NCBI GenBank assembly: GCA_964106915.2
Contig: OZ066919.1
DNA from: Podarcis gaigeae
Taxonomy: Eukaryota
Strand: one strand, 5' to 3'
DNA: 64,000 nucleotides
The position numbers were made by a program, and so were the translations under genes. Under the pieces are notes generated by a model, which worked only from the letters and a program-made list of their open reading frames with translations, was not told the origin of the DNA and ran no database searches. Within the stretch, counting starts at the first letter, position 1. Each line of letters begins with the position of its first letter. Shown piece by piece: positions 50,333 through 63,618 of this stretch.

Positions 50333-50432
50333 CAAAACAAAAAAAATTCCTTCCAGTAGCACCTTAAAGACCAACTAAGTTAGTTCTTGGTATGAGCTTT
50401 CGTGTGCATGCACACTTCTTCAGATACACACT
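50333..50432 (-). mobile_element. Penelope-like element pLTR fragment
   Basis: Exact 12-bp TSD tcattatatagt (50321-50332, 50433-50444); contains a hammerhead motif; identical to the arms at 24791. Confidence 0.8.
50390..50427 (-). ncRNA. minimal type I hammerhead ribozyme (PLE-associated)
   Basis: Minus strand reads GUAU-CUGAAGA-A-GUGUGC-AU-GCACAC-GAAA-GC-UC-AUAC: stem I GUAU/AUAC, CUGANGA core, stem II, GAAA, palindromic AGCU stem III, UC cleavage site. Confidence 0.75.
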
Positions 50433-53400
50433 TCATTATATAGTTTATTTATTGGTGGTTAGTTGTATTCATGTTTCCTGTGGCTGTTCTATTCATATTT
50501 AAGAGATACAATATGGTCTAGTTTTCCAACCTTTAGATCTTTTATGCAAACAGAAACAGGAAAAAGTTAGCTCAATATCAAAATAAAAAAGCACAAATTA
50601 ATAAATTGATAACTATATTGCAATTCAACTCAGTCGAAAGCTTTTAGCTTTACAGAATTAACCCCTCCCCCAAATTCATTCACTTTTTATGACCAGATAT
50701 TTTGATCTCTGTGGATTTAGGTCTCAGTTATCACAACCAATAACTATATTTTTTGTTAGCTATCTTCAAATCTCAGTCAACCTCTCATATGATCCTTCTC
50801 TCCTGTATTGAAAAAACATTGCCCTAAATTAAACCATCCTTGTAAAAAAAATAGTGATGCCATTTGTACTCTGTCAATGCAGGAATTTTTTTAAATCGCT
50901 GAACTTCATTCGCATGAAAAAGGCTTTCTTATTTCAGCAGGCATCTTAAGGCAGTTTTATGATGAATTATTGCTTTTTATTATTTGTATGGCTAATTTTT
51001 AATTTTTGTATTTTTATGTCAAATACTTGGAAAGGTTAATGATTACGTGTTATACAAATGCCACAAATAAATAAATGCCAAATAAGAAATCATCTACCCA
51101 GCTCCAGATATTTCGTTAATAATAATTAGAGGGGGGGAGGGAGATAGTTATGGTGGATTAATTGGAAAATGCATAAAGTAAGTAATTGGTATCTGAAAGG
51201 GTGCACATATTTGTTCAGAATGATTGAGAAAAATGGAGCTGACTGTCGTCCCCCCCAAGTGTCCATATCTAGACTATCCTGGAACATTAAGGCCAACATC
51301 TTCATTATATTGAGTAAATTACACTTACAAATGCTTGTTGTTGACTGAATCTTGCCCAAAATGTTTCATATTATTTTTGAAAAGTCATTTCTTACCTCCT
51401 GACATTAAGCTTCTATTAAAAAAACACACAACAGCAACAGAATCTTCTAAAATTTTGAATTTCTGAATTACAAATGTCATAACCCAGGAACAGATACAAG
51501 CATGGTTAATTTCCACTGAAGTCATTATGATATATGCTTTTTGTTAAGCTCTGAGGCCCAAAAGATTTCAACAGGACTTAAAATACCCTAGTATTTTCTC
51601 TCTGAATTATGCTTATGATCACAATGACTATTTCTTCAGAAATTTCACTTAGCTTTCAAGGATGTTACTACTGTAACAGCAAATGAATGTGCCAAAATAA
51701 AAGCCAACAGATTTTTTTTAAAAAGAATGCTATGAATCAATAAGAATTTTCCATCAGTAATTACATCTGGGGTTGGGGAGGTGATGCTTGCCCCCCCTTT
51801 TAATCACATCAAAGCCACCACCAATTGTTTTTCCAAATTTTGCTGCTAAAGAGTTTATATTCATACCATCACACTTTCATAATAACTGATAATATTGATG
51901 GAGGTGGGGAAGGACACACAGGAATTTGCAAATTTGTAAGTCATGAGTCTCAGTTTCTTTGAGCCTAGTGCTGAACTCTCATTTTTCTACCTGTAATTCT
52001 CCCTCCCCCACTGCTGTTTTATTTATTTTAACTAATAGGGTTGTTTAACAAACTATTGCTTGCTGTTAAGTCAGGTTGCCTGATTTGCACTTTATGCCAA
52101 GCCAAGATTAGATGAAACTGAAAGTAAACTTGACACTTGGATCAGGATTATCCAAACCATGGTTTAGTGTTGCATGTGAACCAGCCCATTGTCCGGAGAA
52201 CCATGAAGGCCACAACATGTGCCCTGTCCCGTTTTGAACTTGCGTTTCCTGAACAACAGGGATGTGGCAGAGGAAACCACTTTTGAAATTAAAACAAATT
52301 TGCAAAGTAGTTTATGGCCTGGGAGGGGTCTGCTATAAAATGAGGGGTAAAATCTAAATCCCACTCGATGCAAGCAAAGCCTAGAAGCACCTAAAGTAAC
52401 TCTCTGGATTATGGCCAGAAAATGACATAAAAGCTTGATTGTAAAAGAACATTTTTTAAAAAGCTCTACTTTGGATTTCACCACTTTGAGGTTGCTGGAT
52501 TGCTAGCGCTGTAACATTCTACTCTTTCGAAATGTTATATATTGTGTTGTAATTAGTGTTCCCTTTGTCTGGAGGTTGGGGCACGGCCAACACCTCATCA
52601 GGTTCATCCAACCCAAGGGTGAGGAAGTTTATTTAATCTTTGGCAAACAAAGAGCCCATCTTTACCTCTTGTAAACTCTCATGCCTCCCCCCCCCATTTG
52701 TTACAAACACTTATCTGATCCAACCTGCTGCCTTGGTCAGAAAAAAAAGGATCAAAATAATAACTGAAGATTCCTTTTGCCCCGGCTGCATCTGCTATAC
52801 TACTTAAAAATCACAAATGAAGCCTCACATACTTCTCTGATCCCAGCTTGTGCCCAGGGTGATTGCAATCTCTACAGCATGCAAGCATCAAAAATGACTG
52901 AGGCTGCTCCTCATATAATAGATTACTTTCAAATGAGACTCTCTAATCCTGCTGTACATACAGAAAAGATTAAAGAAACTGACTTTTGGGGGATGGCGGT
53001 GGGTGGGTGGGTGGGCAGGAGTGAAGAAATATATATGCCTGGGTGAGGGAATTTGGAAAATTCTTCAAGAAAAAATAAAATGGAATCCATTTGTGTTGTC
53101 AAGATAATGTGCATATGTATGGTAAACTGCTTTATACAGAGTCTGGCCCTTGCTCCATCTAGATCAGTATAGTCTACTCGGACCGGCAGCAGCCCTCCAG
53201 GGCTTCTAGTAGGTGCTCGACCACTGGCCTTTCCCTTCTGGATTATCTTCCGCTAGTCACAGCAAGCCAGGCGACACGTACAGGTCTGTTTCTTCAGGCC
53301 TCGAGCCGAGTTGACAGAGAACAGCGACTTATTTGTGAGCATTGCAAAAATCAGCAAAATCGCACTTCCCGTTTCCTGAGTGTAACAATGGCATCCAACC

Positions 53401-53878
53401 AGAGGAAGAAGCAGTAAAAAAGAGGTACCTGAAGCATGAAAGGACCTCATACATGAAATGGAATTCTAATTAGCTAAAATACTGGGGAGGGCAGGTAAGC
53501 CCCACCTTGCATAATCAATCACATGACGTGGTGTACACACACCGTTTGAATGGCAATGCCCATTAAAAAAATTTATAGGGGGGACTGGCCTCCTCAAATA
53601 TTTTATTGGGGGGCAGAGGGACCTTGATCCTTTGAAGTTGGCTCAGATGTGGAGACTCATGCCCATAGGTGCATAGGTCTCCTTCGTACCTGCAGCTAAT
53701 GAGGCCACGGCTAGAAGATGTGTTGTCGTTTGAAGACCTGGCTACCAGACATGACCCCACTCTAGTCCTCACATTTTCTGGAAACGGGTGACGGGCAGAG
53801 GTTGTTCAAATGCCTTTTAAAATGTGTAGGCTGCAACAAAGCCAGCTGTGTCTCCTTGCTACATGTATCTACATAGTA

Positions 53879-54006
53879 CAGGCCTAGGCAAACTCGGCCC
53901 TCCAGATGTTTTGAGACTACAATTCCCATCATCCCTGACCACTGGTCCTGTTAGCTAGGGATGATGGGAGTTGTAGTCCCAAAACATCCGGAGGGCCGAG
54001 TTTGTG
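53879..54006. mobile_element. palindromic hAT-type MITE
   Basis: aaactcggccctccagatgttttg...caaaacatccggagggccgagttt; exact 8-bp TSD acatagta (53871-53878, 54007-54014); right TIR clipped. Confidence 0.85.
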
Positions 54007-57000
54007 ACATAGTACATGCGTTGTAATTATTATTACTATTACAATTTTTTCCCCAAATGTTGCCTTCTATTACATTAAAGCAAAAGTAGCCAACATGGTA
54101 CCCTCCAGATGTGCTTGGACTGCAGCTCACATGGCTGGTGGGAGGTGTATTCCAACATCTGGAGGCCTCGCCCTGCATCAGAGCACATATTGTGGGCCAA
54201 CTGCTTTTGGGTTATGCACAAAGAGGCTCTTATGATTTGCATACATATTATATGCGCTCATGAGACCATTACCGTACCTTCCATTTTTGTATTATGCAGA
54301 TTAATGGAAAAAGGATTCCGTAGTTTTGAAAGAGGACCCATGAACTATATTCGGTTTGCAGAGGCAAGCCTGTTCTCTTAGGGACGATGTGATTTACGCT
54401 ACTGTAAAACAAGAGTAACTGACAACAGACAGGAAGCCTGTTCCCAAATAGAAGGCTCTTTCATGCTGAATTATAACATTATTATTATTATTTTTTAAAA
54501 AAATCCAGCATTAATTTAGAATGGGAAGTGGAGAAAACAGCCAGCTACCCCCTCAGCTGGCTCATGTACAGTAATTTCATCTTTTTCTCTTAATTTCCTT
54601 ACAGCAATGATTCAGTTAGAACAAACAGTGGAAGCGAAATGTAACAGAATTATATGGCTTGAAGTGTTTATAATTTTCTCACTCCTCTATTAGCAGGCTA
54701 ACTCAAATAAGATGAGGCAAAGCCTGCTCTGAATGGCATAACAAATACAATGAATAACTCAAGACATTTCCTCAGTACATTTATTTGTTTTTTTTAAAAA
54801 GTGTTGTCGTTCCCCAACATGTAACTGAGTGACCTGGTTTGTGTCCCTTTACAATGACTCTGAAGGAGTTAAGGAAGAGGTTATTTACACAACACCGCCC
54901 TGTTAATCAGAAAGTGAAGTGTATTCTTTCCTTCAGCAAGGAAGCAAAAGGTGCTTTGAACTAATAGCTTTGATGTGGTTCATCTAACGAAGTCAATAAT
55001 CTGGACAGGGGAAGTATCAGGAGCCAACTCTACCGCCTTCAGTTGCCATTGCGACCAAAATAAAGAAGAGATGTTTTCTGTCTTTAGGAGCATGGCTGTG
55101 TTTCCTTTATCAGATTTAAGTAGCTACTTAGCTCACAAATCTGGAACAAATATGGTGTCGAACACACCGGTGCTTGTCTTTCTAAGGACATCTTTCATGA
55201 GCTATATAGATTTGAAACATCGGGAAAGCACAGTTCTCAACATACACACTGAGCGAAGCAAATGGATGGTGCCAATTTTGGTCTCAGTTCCGATTAATCA
55301 CCACTGAAGAACAACCAAACTGCAAAGAGTCCACAACATCTTTTAAAAAATCTGGGGATGCGATGGGTTGGGAGGATGCACCCCCCAACCTAAGAGGCAC
55401 CCCTAAAAGTATCATGGAAACAATGTCCACCACGAAGGCTTCTTCTCTCCTTACCCCACTCCAAACCCAGGAGTAAATGGTGGCAGAAATTCTTTTTTTA
55501 GGAAAGGAAGTCTGCAAAGGCACTTGTCATAAATACTTCAGTCTTCTCTAACCGCAGGAAATGGGGTTTTAAGATGTAACTGGCCCATGTTCATCATCAG
55601 AGCTTCTATGTTTCCCTGCACTGGGGGAGCAACTCTGTAAAGCTATTACTATATAATTTGAACATATGTATTTTGGGGGCCTCAGAGACAAATGATTCAT
55701 TTCATGAAAAGCTTATTAAACTTACACAGCCTTTCAAACACACACACAAAAAAACCCAGAAAGCTCTCCTAATGATAAAAGTGTTAATGGCTGCCAATTA
55801 ACCACCGGGCTAAGTTCAAGGTGCTGGTATTGGTGGATGAATCTTGGGACCTGTTATATATCCAACTGATCACTAAAGCTATGCCAAAAAGAGAAAGGAC
55901 TCCTTGTAGATACCGTCTCATCAGGAGGTCTGCTCCGTACAATATAGGAATTGGTCTCATAGTGTGGCAGCACCTCCCTCCCATTACATATCAGAGAAGC
56001 ACTTTATCTTTTTGGTGCCTATCGGAGACCTTACGTTTCCATCAGGCCTCTCATTGTTTAATGAGAAATTACTCATAAATGAAATGAATGGATAAAAAAG
56101 AGAGTTGGCATTGCTGTATCAGAAATAACTAACACGAACAGTACCCCACCTCCAAAGTTGCTGAACATCTCCCTCTATCGTGGGAGGATATTTGTCCCTG
56201 CTCTTTGTAAAAAAAAAAAATTACACTGATTTCATTTTGCTGGAAATCACTGGGGCACAGCAATGAGGAAACAGCTAAAGTTCAGCCAGCAAATTCATGA
56301 TGAGACTTTTTAAGCAGAAATACGTTCAGTCACAATAAAGAGTATGCCTCTGAGCATATGCAAACTGCTTTCTCCTCACCACTGAGCAACTGCAGCCTCG
56401 TCCCCTTCTCAGAATTAGAATGGAGAAATGGGATTTACAGCAGATCTCCATAATAAGAATTAAAGCCGTAACACCTCTCCCTTTTTTGAGATTAATTGGT
56501 TTCCCTCCACACACAAGACAATCCATTCCTCATTCCTTCCCAGCCGGCAATTCACAAAAGCATTTTACACCCACAGCCCCAACTCTTACCACAAATGTTC
56601 TCGTTCTTCTGGCTTTTATTTATTAATTAAATTTATAACCTGCCTTTCCTCACAATGGAAGGCAGAGATAAAACCATGAGCAAATCCTAAAAAACAATTC
56701 TAATAAAGATGCAGACTTATCTGTTCTCTAGGGTTGAATCCTGGTATATAGGATGAAAATGAGTATCCCAGAGCATGTGTGGGGTGCTGTTCCTTTACCA
56801 TTGGACAACTTCTTGCCTTCCTCCACAAACAGAATTCAGGGACAAGGCTGCCCCTGAGCAATTTGCCTGGTCAGAACAGCTCTTCTCTCCCAAGAAATCC
56901 ATTGCTAGTTCTCTCTCATTCCAATTTCCAAATATTTATCACTTTATTTTATTTTATTAAAACCCTTCCAGTGCAACAGCACTTTACATTCACGGTGATG

Positions 57001-58208
57001 CATTCCCCTGCCATAAATTAAGGAAGGAGACGAAAGCCAGAAAATACCTCCGTCGCCCAAACTCCTTTTGCTGTTTTCTCCCACTCTTTTCCCTCCCTAT
57101 AATTCCTTTGCAACCCTTGGGAAAGCAGCGAGCGATAGCCAATAATAAAAACATCCAATTTGCATTTAACAGTGAGGGATTTGTGGTGGGTTGGTGGAGG
57201 AGTTCGGCAGAATAAAAACCGGCATGTGCATTTTAAAAAAACGATCCACTTTATTGTGCTTACCTATTTGCTCAGTTAGAGTGGCATGGTCAACAATCTT
57301 GGTGGCACCAAGATTGGTATGGAGATACAGAGCTTAAATATACCAATCTGAGAAACAATTTGCTTGTTATGTGCTTTCTGGGCTTTAGTTTCAGCAGCCA
57401 TAATTTATCTGCCGTGGAAACAAATGCCTCATAATGCAGAAAGAGTTACACATTTTAACCCCCTCTCCTCCACACTTGAGTATGGATATCTGCCTCAGCA
57501 TTTCATCTGGTACAAGGCCTCAGTGTAATGGCAGGCAACAGAGACCAATTCGGTACTGCCTTTCAGGGTCTTCAAGCATTTCCAGATGCTTCATCCTTTG
57601 TTGGGTGATGAGCCAACAGAAGCCTTGGATGAATTCATTTAATTCTCAAATGTCCCTGTTCCATAAAACCCTGCACCACCACCACCAGCAGCAGCATTGT
57701 GTCTTAGGCCCTCCTAGCCACTGCAAACCTGTGGCTCCTTCGAAACCAATCAGGCTCACAGCTCTCTGTAAGATACCACTTCACTTCACCTTCCTTTAAA
57801 GAAACAGAAGGCTTGATGGCCTCATTTTCACTGAGCTTCATCTGCAAGTGTCCTTCTCTTAGAGGGCTTGTGTCACTCATTTCAAAGTCCAGGGGTTGAG
57901 AGGTATAATGAGGAAGGGCTCGGAGACACTTTCGGCGGTCATCCTGTATGCTCCGAGGTCAAGTGTTTTCTTACACTCCTAGCATTTACCAAAAGTAAGT
58001 TGGAGCCGTGAGAGAGACAGCTGGGAATCTAACGGCCTTGTGAGTCCTGGTGGATAAATCTTGCCTTTGATCATATGCACTGACCTTGGTTGCAACAATA
58101 GTCAAGAACTCCCTAGCACCGGACGGAGCTGAGAATCTGTTGCTCCGAGCTTCCTGTTTTCATTCAGATGTGTACAAATTACCTCAACATGCCCTCCTCC
58201 CTCCCCAC

Positions 58209-58516
58209 NNNNNNNNNNNNNNNNNNNNNNNNNNNNNNNNNNNNNNNNNNNNNNNNNNNNNNNNNNNNNNNNNNNNNNNNNNNNNNNNNNNNNNNNNNNN
58301 NNNNNNNNNNNNNNNNNNNNNNNNNNNNNNNNNNNNNNNNNNNNNNNNNNNNNNNNNNNNNNNNNNNNNNNNNNNNNNNNNNNNNNNNNNNNNNNNNNNN
58401 NNNNNNNNNNNNNNNNNNNNNNNNNNNNNNNNNNNNNNNNNNNNNNNNNNNNNNNNNNNNNNNNNNNNNNNNNNNNNNNNNNNNNNNNNNNNNNNNNNNN
58501 NNNNNNNNNNNNNNNN
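58209..58516. other. assembly gap (N run)
   Basis: Ns in sequence. Confidence 1.
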
Positions 58517-59374
58517 AAGTTAACTGGTGCCAGCCTCACTCAGGGCTGCCTAATTGCAATTTAGCCTAGACAATTCCTCCCATTTTTGCCCTCCAGTAAT
58601 GGAACAACAGATCTCGGCCAGGTAAAGATTTTAAGGTGGAAGGGGGGAAAAACACAAGGCTGAGCGATGCACAAAAAACAACTGGACTCTTTCTTCTTCT
58701 TCTTTTTTTGAGACAGAGAAAATGCATGAGTTTAGAGCAACTTTCTCTTGACTGTGGTTTTTGTGTGACTGCTGGTAAGGCTCCTAGGAACAACAACAGC
58801 CTCATAATTTAAATTGGTCTTTGCTCCCCGTAGAGATTTCTTCAGTTATGCAATACAAAACATAAACACTCAGTATTATAAAGGGAAACTTCCTATGATA
58901 TTTAATTCATCAGTCTGGTAATGTTTCAAAATTGTTGCATTTTCTTTTTTAAGTTCAATTGTTTTATGGTTCAAGCAGGCTGTTTGTTGTTGTTGTTGTT
59001 GTTATCCTACTTAGCTTTGAAATAGCAATACTGTGATTTTCTCTATGAACATGTATTCTTAAGGATATTTCTCCCCCAGTGACCACCCTTCCACAGTAAG
59101 AGAACACACAATCTCATTTCTAGCATATATTAAGCCACAAGCTACCTTAAAATGCAAGTTCAGGCAGACAATCCACAGATAATTTGGTTCCCGATAAATT
59201 ATCTCATCCCAGTGCTTAGAATCTACATCAGTGGATTATCTCTTAATTTTTCCAGTAACAGCGGAAGATGATAGTCTAAAATTAAGACATTGAAGCTTTG
59301 AGTTTCAATAGTAGAAGGTGAGCCTCTCAAACAATGAAACTGTATATTTAAAAACTGGAACATAAGATCAGATA

Positions 59375-59608
59375 CAGTGGTACCTCAGGTCAAGAACTTA
59401 ATTCGTTCCGGAGGTCTGTTCTTAACCTGAAACTGTTCTTAAGATGAGGTACCACTTTAGCTAATGGGGCCTCCCGCTGCCGCTGGAGCACAATTTCTGT
59501 TTTCATCCTGAAGCAAAGTTCTTAACCCGAGGTACTATTTCTGGGTTAGCGGAGTCTGTAACTTGAAGCGTCTGTAACCTGAAGCATATGTAACCCGAGG
59601 TACCACTG
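59375..59608 (-). mobile_element. Tigger/pogo-like MITE
   Basis: Reverse-oriented copy of the 3071 family; TA flanks. Confidence 0.85.
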
Positions 59609-61349
59609 TACTTTCTTTAAGCATCTCCTTCCATGCTCCCTCTGCTTCATGTAGGGATGGCTGGCTTAGCCTTCCAATCCACGACAATTTCACAGATATT
59701 CATTCCTAAATCCATTCTGTCCCATTTTCTAAAGCAGAAAAGTATATCACAAAATTCAGACAAATGCAAAATCCAAACGATAAATATTTCTTCACATATT
59801 GACACCTTCAGTCTGCATGAAGTCCAGATGCTACAGCATGGTCATTTCAAGAGGGGCTTGTACCCTATAGCAGTGGAGTCCTGGAGTCCAAGGCATCTTT
59901 CTTAGCCAGCCTTCAGCCAGCCTGCCCAAGATGGATCTCCATCTTTGTCCCCCCCACTTCTACCCAGCATATCTTGCTCAAGACTCTTTCCTGCCACCTC
60001 ACAGCCAGTTACCCTGCCCAGGTCTAAGATTCCTCTTAGAAGGCCCATCAACATCTTTTGCCATGCTATCACCTCTATCCCAGGTGAGGTCCTGGTTTGG
60101 AAAGTAAGCTTAGCCTCCATTGGCCAGTGGCCAGCCTCCAGTGGCATGCAATCTTCCCTTCAATACTCCAAACAATCGAAATCCCACCATTTACCAATTT
60201 CTAGCCCCCCCCAAAAAAACTATAACAATATGTTCAGTGAGTTATAGGCAATGTCTCTTCCCTTACATTGCCTGAAGGTTGGGAAAGCTGCTTCAGCACT
60301 TCAGCTTTTAAATGCTGCGAGTTTGTTTTGGGTACAAGTATTAATTAAAAATTAAAAATTAATTTCATACTGGAACTTGGTCTGCAGCTTTAGCTGGTTT
60401 TGCCAGATGGCATTATTTATTGCTCCAAAAATGTCAAAAACAGCATCTTCTTTGCTATTTGAAAATACGTTCATTGTGAAATTTCAGATTACATAACTAA
60501 CATATTTCTAAACTAGCAAGGAAGATTTGTTATTTTGCTTTTCAGTAAGAATCAAAACATGCACATGATGATATGATAACAGATTCTACAAATTAGGCCT
60601 CCACCCACAACAATTGGTGGGATTTTAACAACTATAATAGATTTATATTAAAGGATGTTTACATGAAAATTATGTAAGGAGGCAAAGAAAGAGACCCGTA
60701 TAATGGTATGAGCTCGTATTCTTCCCTGTTATATCTCCATCTCTTTTAATGCACCTACATAAGTAGGTAAACCAATAGGTTATCACTGGCTATGATGATT
60801 TTCTTACAATGTGTGAGGCTATGAAATATGTTTTAAAACTCCCTCAATAGGTTTTACCATAATTGGATCAATGTGTGCACTTAAAACTTCCCTTTCCATA
60901 ACTAGGCCCATAACTGGTGTTCAGGGAAATTTAAAACTATATATATTTTAAAAGTAGATTGAAACATACACACACACACACCCCCCACTTATAAGGACCA
61001 AGTGTCAAAGAATGGAGAAGTAAAGAGCAAGTTTTGTTTCACGTTGGCTGAACACTGTGCTTACCAGAAGGTCTTAGGCAAGCCATTCCCTCTGAGCCTC
61101 AGCCCTGCTCCTATTTGCATCATTTACCTTATAGCACTTGTGGACAACTTGCAGTACTCTGCCTAATTTCATGTGACCCTTGGCTTTATGGATGGTAGGG
61201 GAGAGAGAAAGAGATCCTTGTTCTGCTATTCTATTTGATCCTTCTTCCACTACACATCCTTTTCTTCCTACTGTTTTTAGTCTGTGGGTCAACTTTTGAT
61301 GACATAAGCAAATCAGAAGCTGAACTGAGGTCAGGGACTGATACCCAAA

Positions 61350-61698
61350 CAGACCCTCCAAGTGTCCCTATTTTCCAGGGACATCCCTGATTTAGAGAAG
61401 CCGTCCTGGTTTCTGATTTGATCCTGGAATGCCCCACTTTTCTTTAGGATGTCCCTGTTTTCATTGGAGAAATGCTGGAGGGTAAGGAGTTATCTGATCC
61501 CTGAGCCATGTGAAGGCCATCCTGTATAGGGAAGGTTTTTTTTTAAAAAAGTTTAATGTTTTATAATGTTTTAATATATGTTGGAAGCTGCCCAGAGTGG
61601 CTGGGACAACCCAGTAGGATGTGTGGGGTATAAATAGTAAAATTATCGTTATGAAATGGGACACCCCAATTTTCTTCAGAGAAATGTTGGAGGGTATG
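61350..61698 (-). mobile_element. CATAC-terminus composite TIR element (long form)
   Basis: cagaccctccaag...aatgttggagggtatg; flanks cccaaa/ccccaa; internal L2 tail. Confidence 0.72.
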
Positions 61699-62365
61699 CC
61701 CCAATAACTGAATAAGTTATTGGTCAGAGAACTGTACTACAGTGATAGGTATTCTATAGCCTAATAGGTTGTTGTTGTTGTTGTTTTATACCCCACCCAT
61801 CTGACTGGGTTAATCCAGTGCTGAAGGAAGTGATCAATCATTTCTTGCTGCCTAAGAGACAGAATAGGAACCAGAGGGAGGGAAGGAAAGAAGGAAGGAA
61901 GGAAGGAAGGAAGGAAGGAAGGAAGGAAGGAAGGAAAACTGTGAATGTTACAGAGGCAAAAAAGAAAAAGACAAAAGTAAAATGCAGTTAGAAATGGGTA
62001 AACAAAGGGTGCCTTGCAAACTGCCTTGCAAACATCCTTGTAAAAACTTTACAATGATGACACACTCTGTAAATCTATATTTTATTCTGGGATGTGAATT
62101 CTGGACAAGAGAAATGTTATAGCTGCCAACTGGTGGCCAGACTCTGCAGTCAACTTCCTCTCTCTTTTAATATGTCTCATCTGGAGAGTGGGCTTTTTGA
62201 CCTGAACACGTGACTTATGTGTTGCTATGGCCAAGATATGAACTGGAATGATGGTGATGGTGTTGATCTGTAGGCAGAAGTTTCTGTCTGTGTTGGATGA
62301 CTGAGAGTGAGACTTGCCTGATTTGAGGTCCAGCTACTAGGGGCTGTGCGCTGGTTAAATTAGCT

Positions 62366-62714
62366 CATACCCTCCAACATTACTCCAATGAAAATAGAGA
62401 CGCCCCATTCCATAACGATATTTCTACTCTTTATAACCAAAACATGTGACTGGGTTTCCTCAGCCATTCTGAGCAGCTTCCAACATAAATAAAAACATAA
62501 TAAAACATTAAACATTTTTTTTTAAAAAAAATCCCTATACAGGATTGTCTTCAGACAGCTTGGGAGTTGGATAACTCCATACCCTCCAACATTTCTCCAA
62601 TGAAAATAGGGACATCCTAAGGAAAAGCTGGACATTCTGGGATCAAATCAGAAACTGGGACAGCTTGTCTAAATCAGGGTCGTCCCTGGAAAACAGGGAT
62701 ACTTAGAGGGTCTG
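62366..62714 (+). mobile_element. CATAC-terminus composite TIR element (long form)
   Basis: cataccctccaacatt...acttagagggtctg; exact 6-bp TSD ttagct (62360-62365, 62715-62720). Confidence 0.78.
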
Positions 62715-62771
62715 TTAGCTGCTGGTAACTATCTGCGTAACTTATTAAGACAGCAAGTTGTTTTTTATTCT

Positions 62772-62812
<41 letters not shown>

Positions 62813-62894
62813 CAAGAGTTTGTCTCCTATGTACTCATGCAACCATTTCAGCATGCATGACAACCAAAAGTCAGCTATCGAGGCCTGCTGTTAA

Positions 62895-62943
<49 letters not shown>

Positions 62944-63561
62944 GTTGCTGAGTGGCTTGGCTACTCCGACTGCCAAACATATTAAACAGTTTTTCAAAAT
63001 GAAATAACTGTTCCTATATCCCGAACCAAAATATACTCGCCCCCCTCCCCAGCCTAAGTTAGTCAAACCAATTGTTTTTCATTATGGGTTACTTGCCTGC
63101 CAATTTTTGCTCTAAGGAACTAAGAGATCTTTGACATATAGCAATTAGGATGGCAAAAGCAATCTAGTTAGGTAAAATTTATGCCTCTGCAAATGAAAAA
63201 TATAAAAAAATAAACAAAAGCTCCCAACAATAATGGGACCACTGCAATTTAAGACATCATTAGAGGGGTTCCTAAAGAAACACCAGGGGAAAGGGTGCTT
63301 ACGAAGAAGAAACAAGGAAATAATAGAGTGAAGTAACTGAATGGTCCAGCCTGATGCCTTGGTTCTGTGAGTGTAATGCTGTTCACAGCCTCTTGTGCTC
63401 TCCAGATCTGTTCTAAGGGTTTAGTGGCTCTCCAGAACAGTGTGAGATGTGACATGAGAGATGTGATGTAGGGCGAAGGGAGAACCCAGAAAAATCACTT
63501 CCCCGCCTTGCACAAGTATTAGATGGGTGCAAGCCCCATCTATGAATGGAATGCCCATTGG

Positions 63562-63618
<57 letters not shown>

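Noticed and set aside
53290-53420. Possible terminal exon after tttcttcag (ASSRVDREQRLICEHCKNQQ...)
   Set aside because: The peptide is unrecognised, there is no supporting upstream exon or clear polyA signal, and it lies between repeat fragments.
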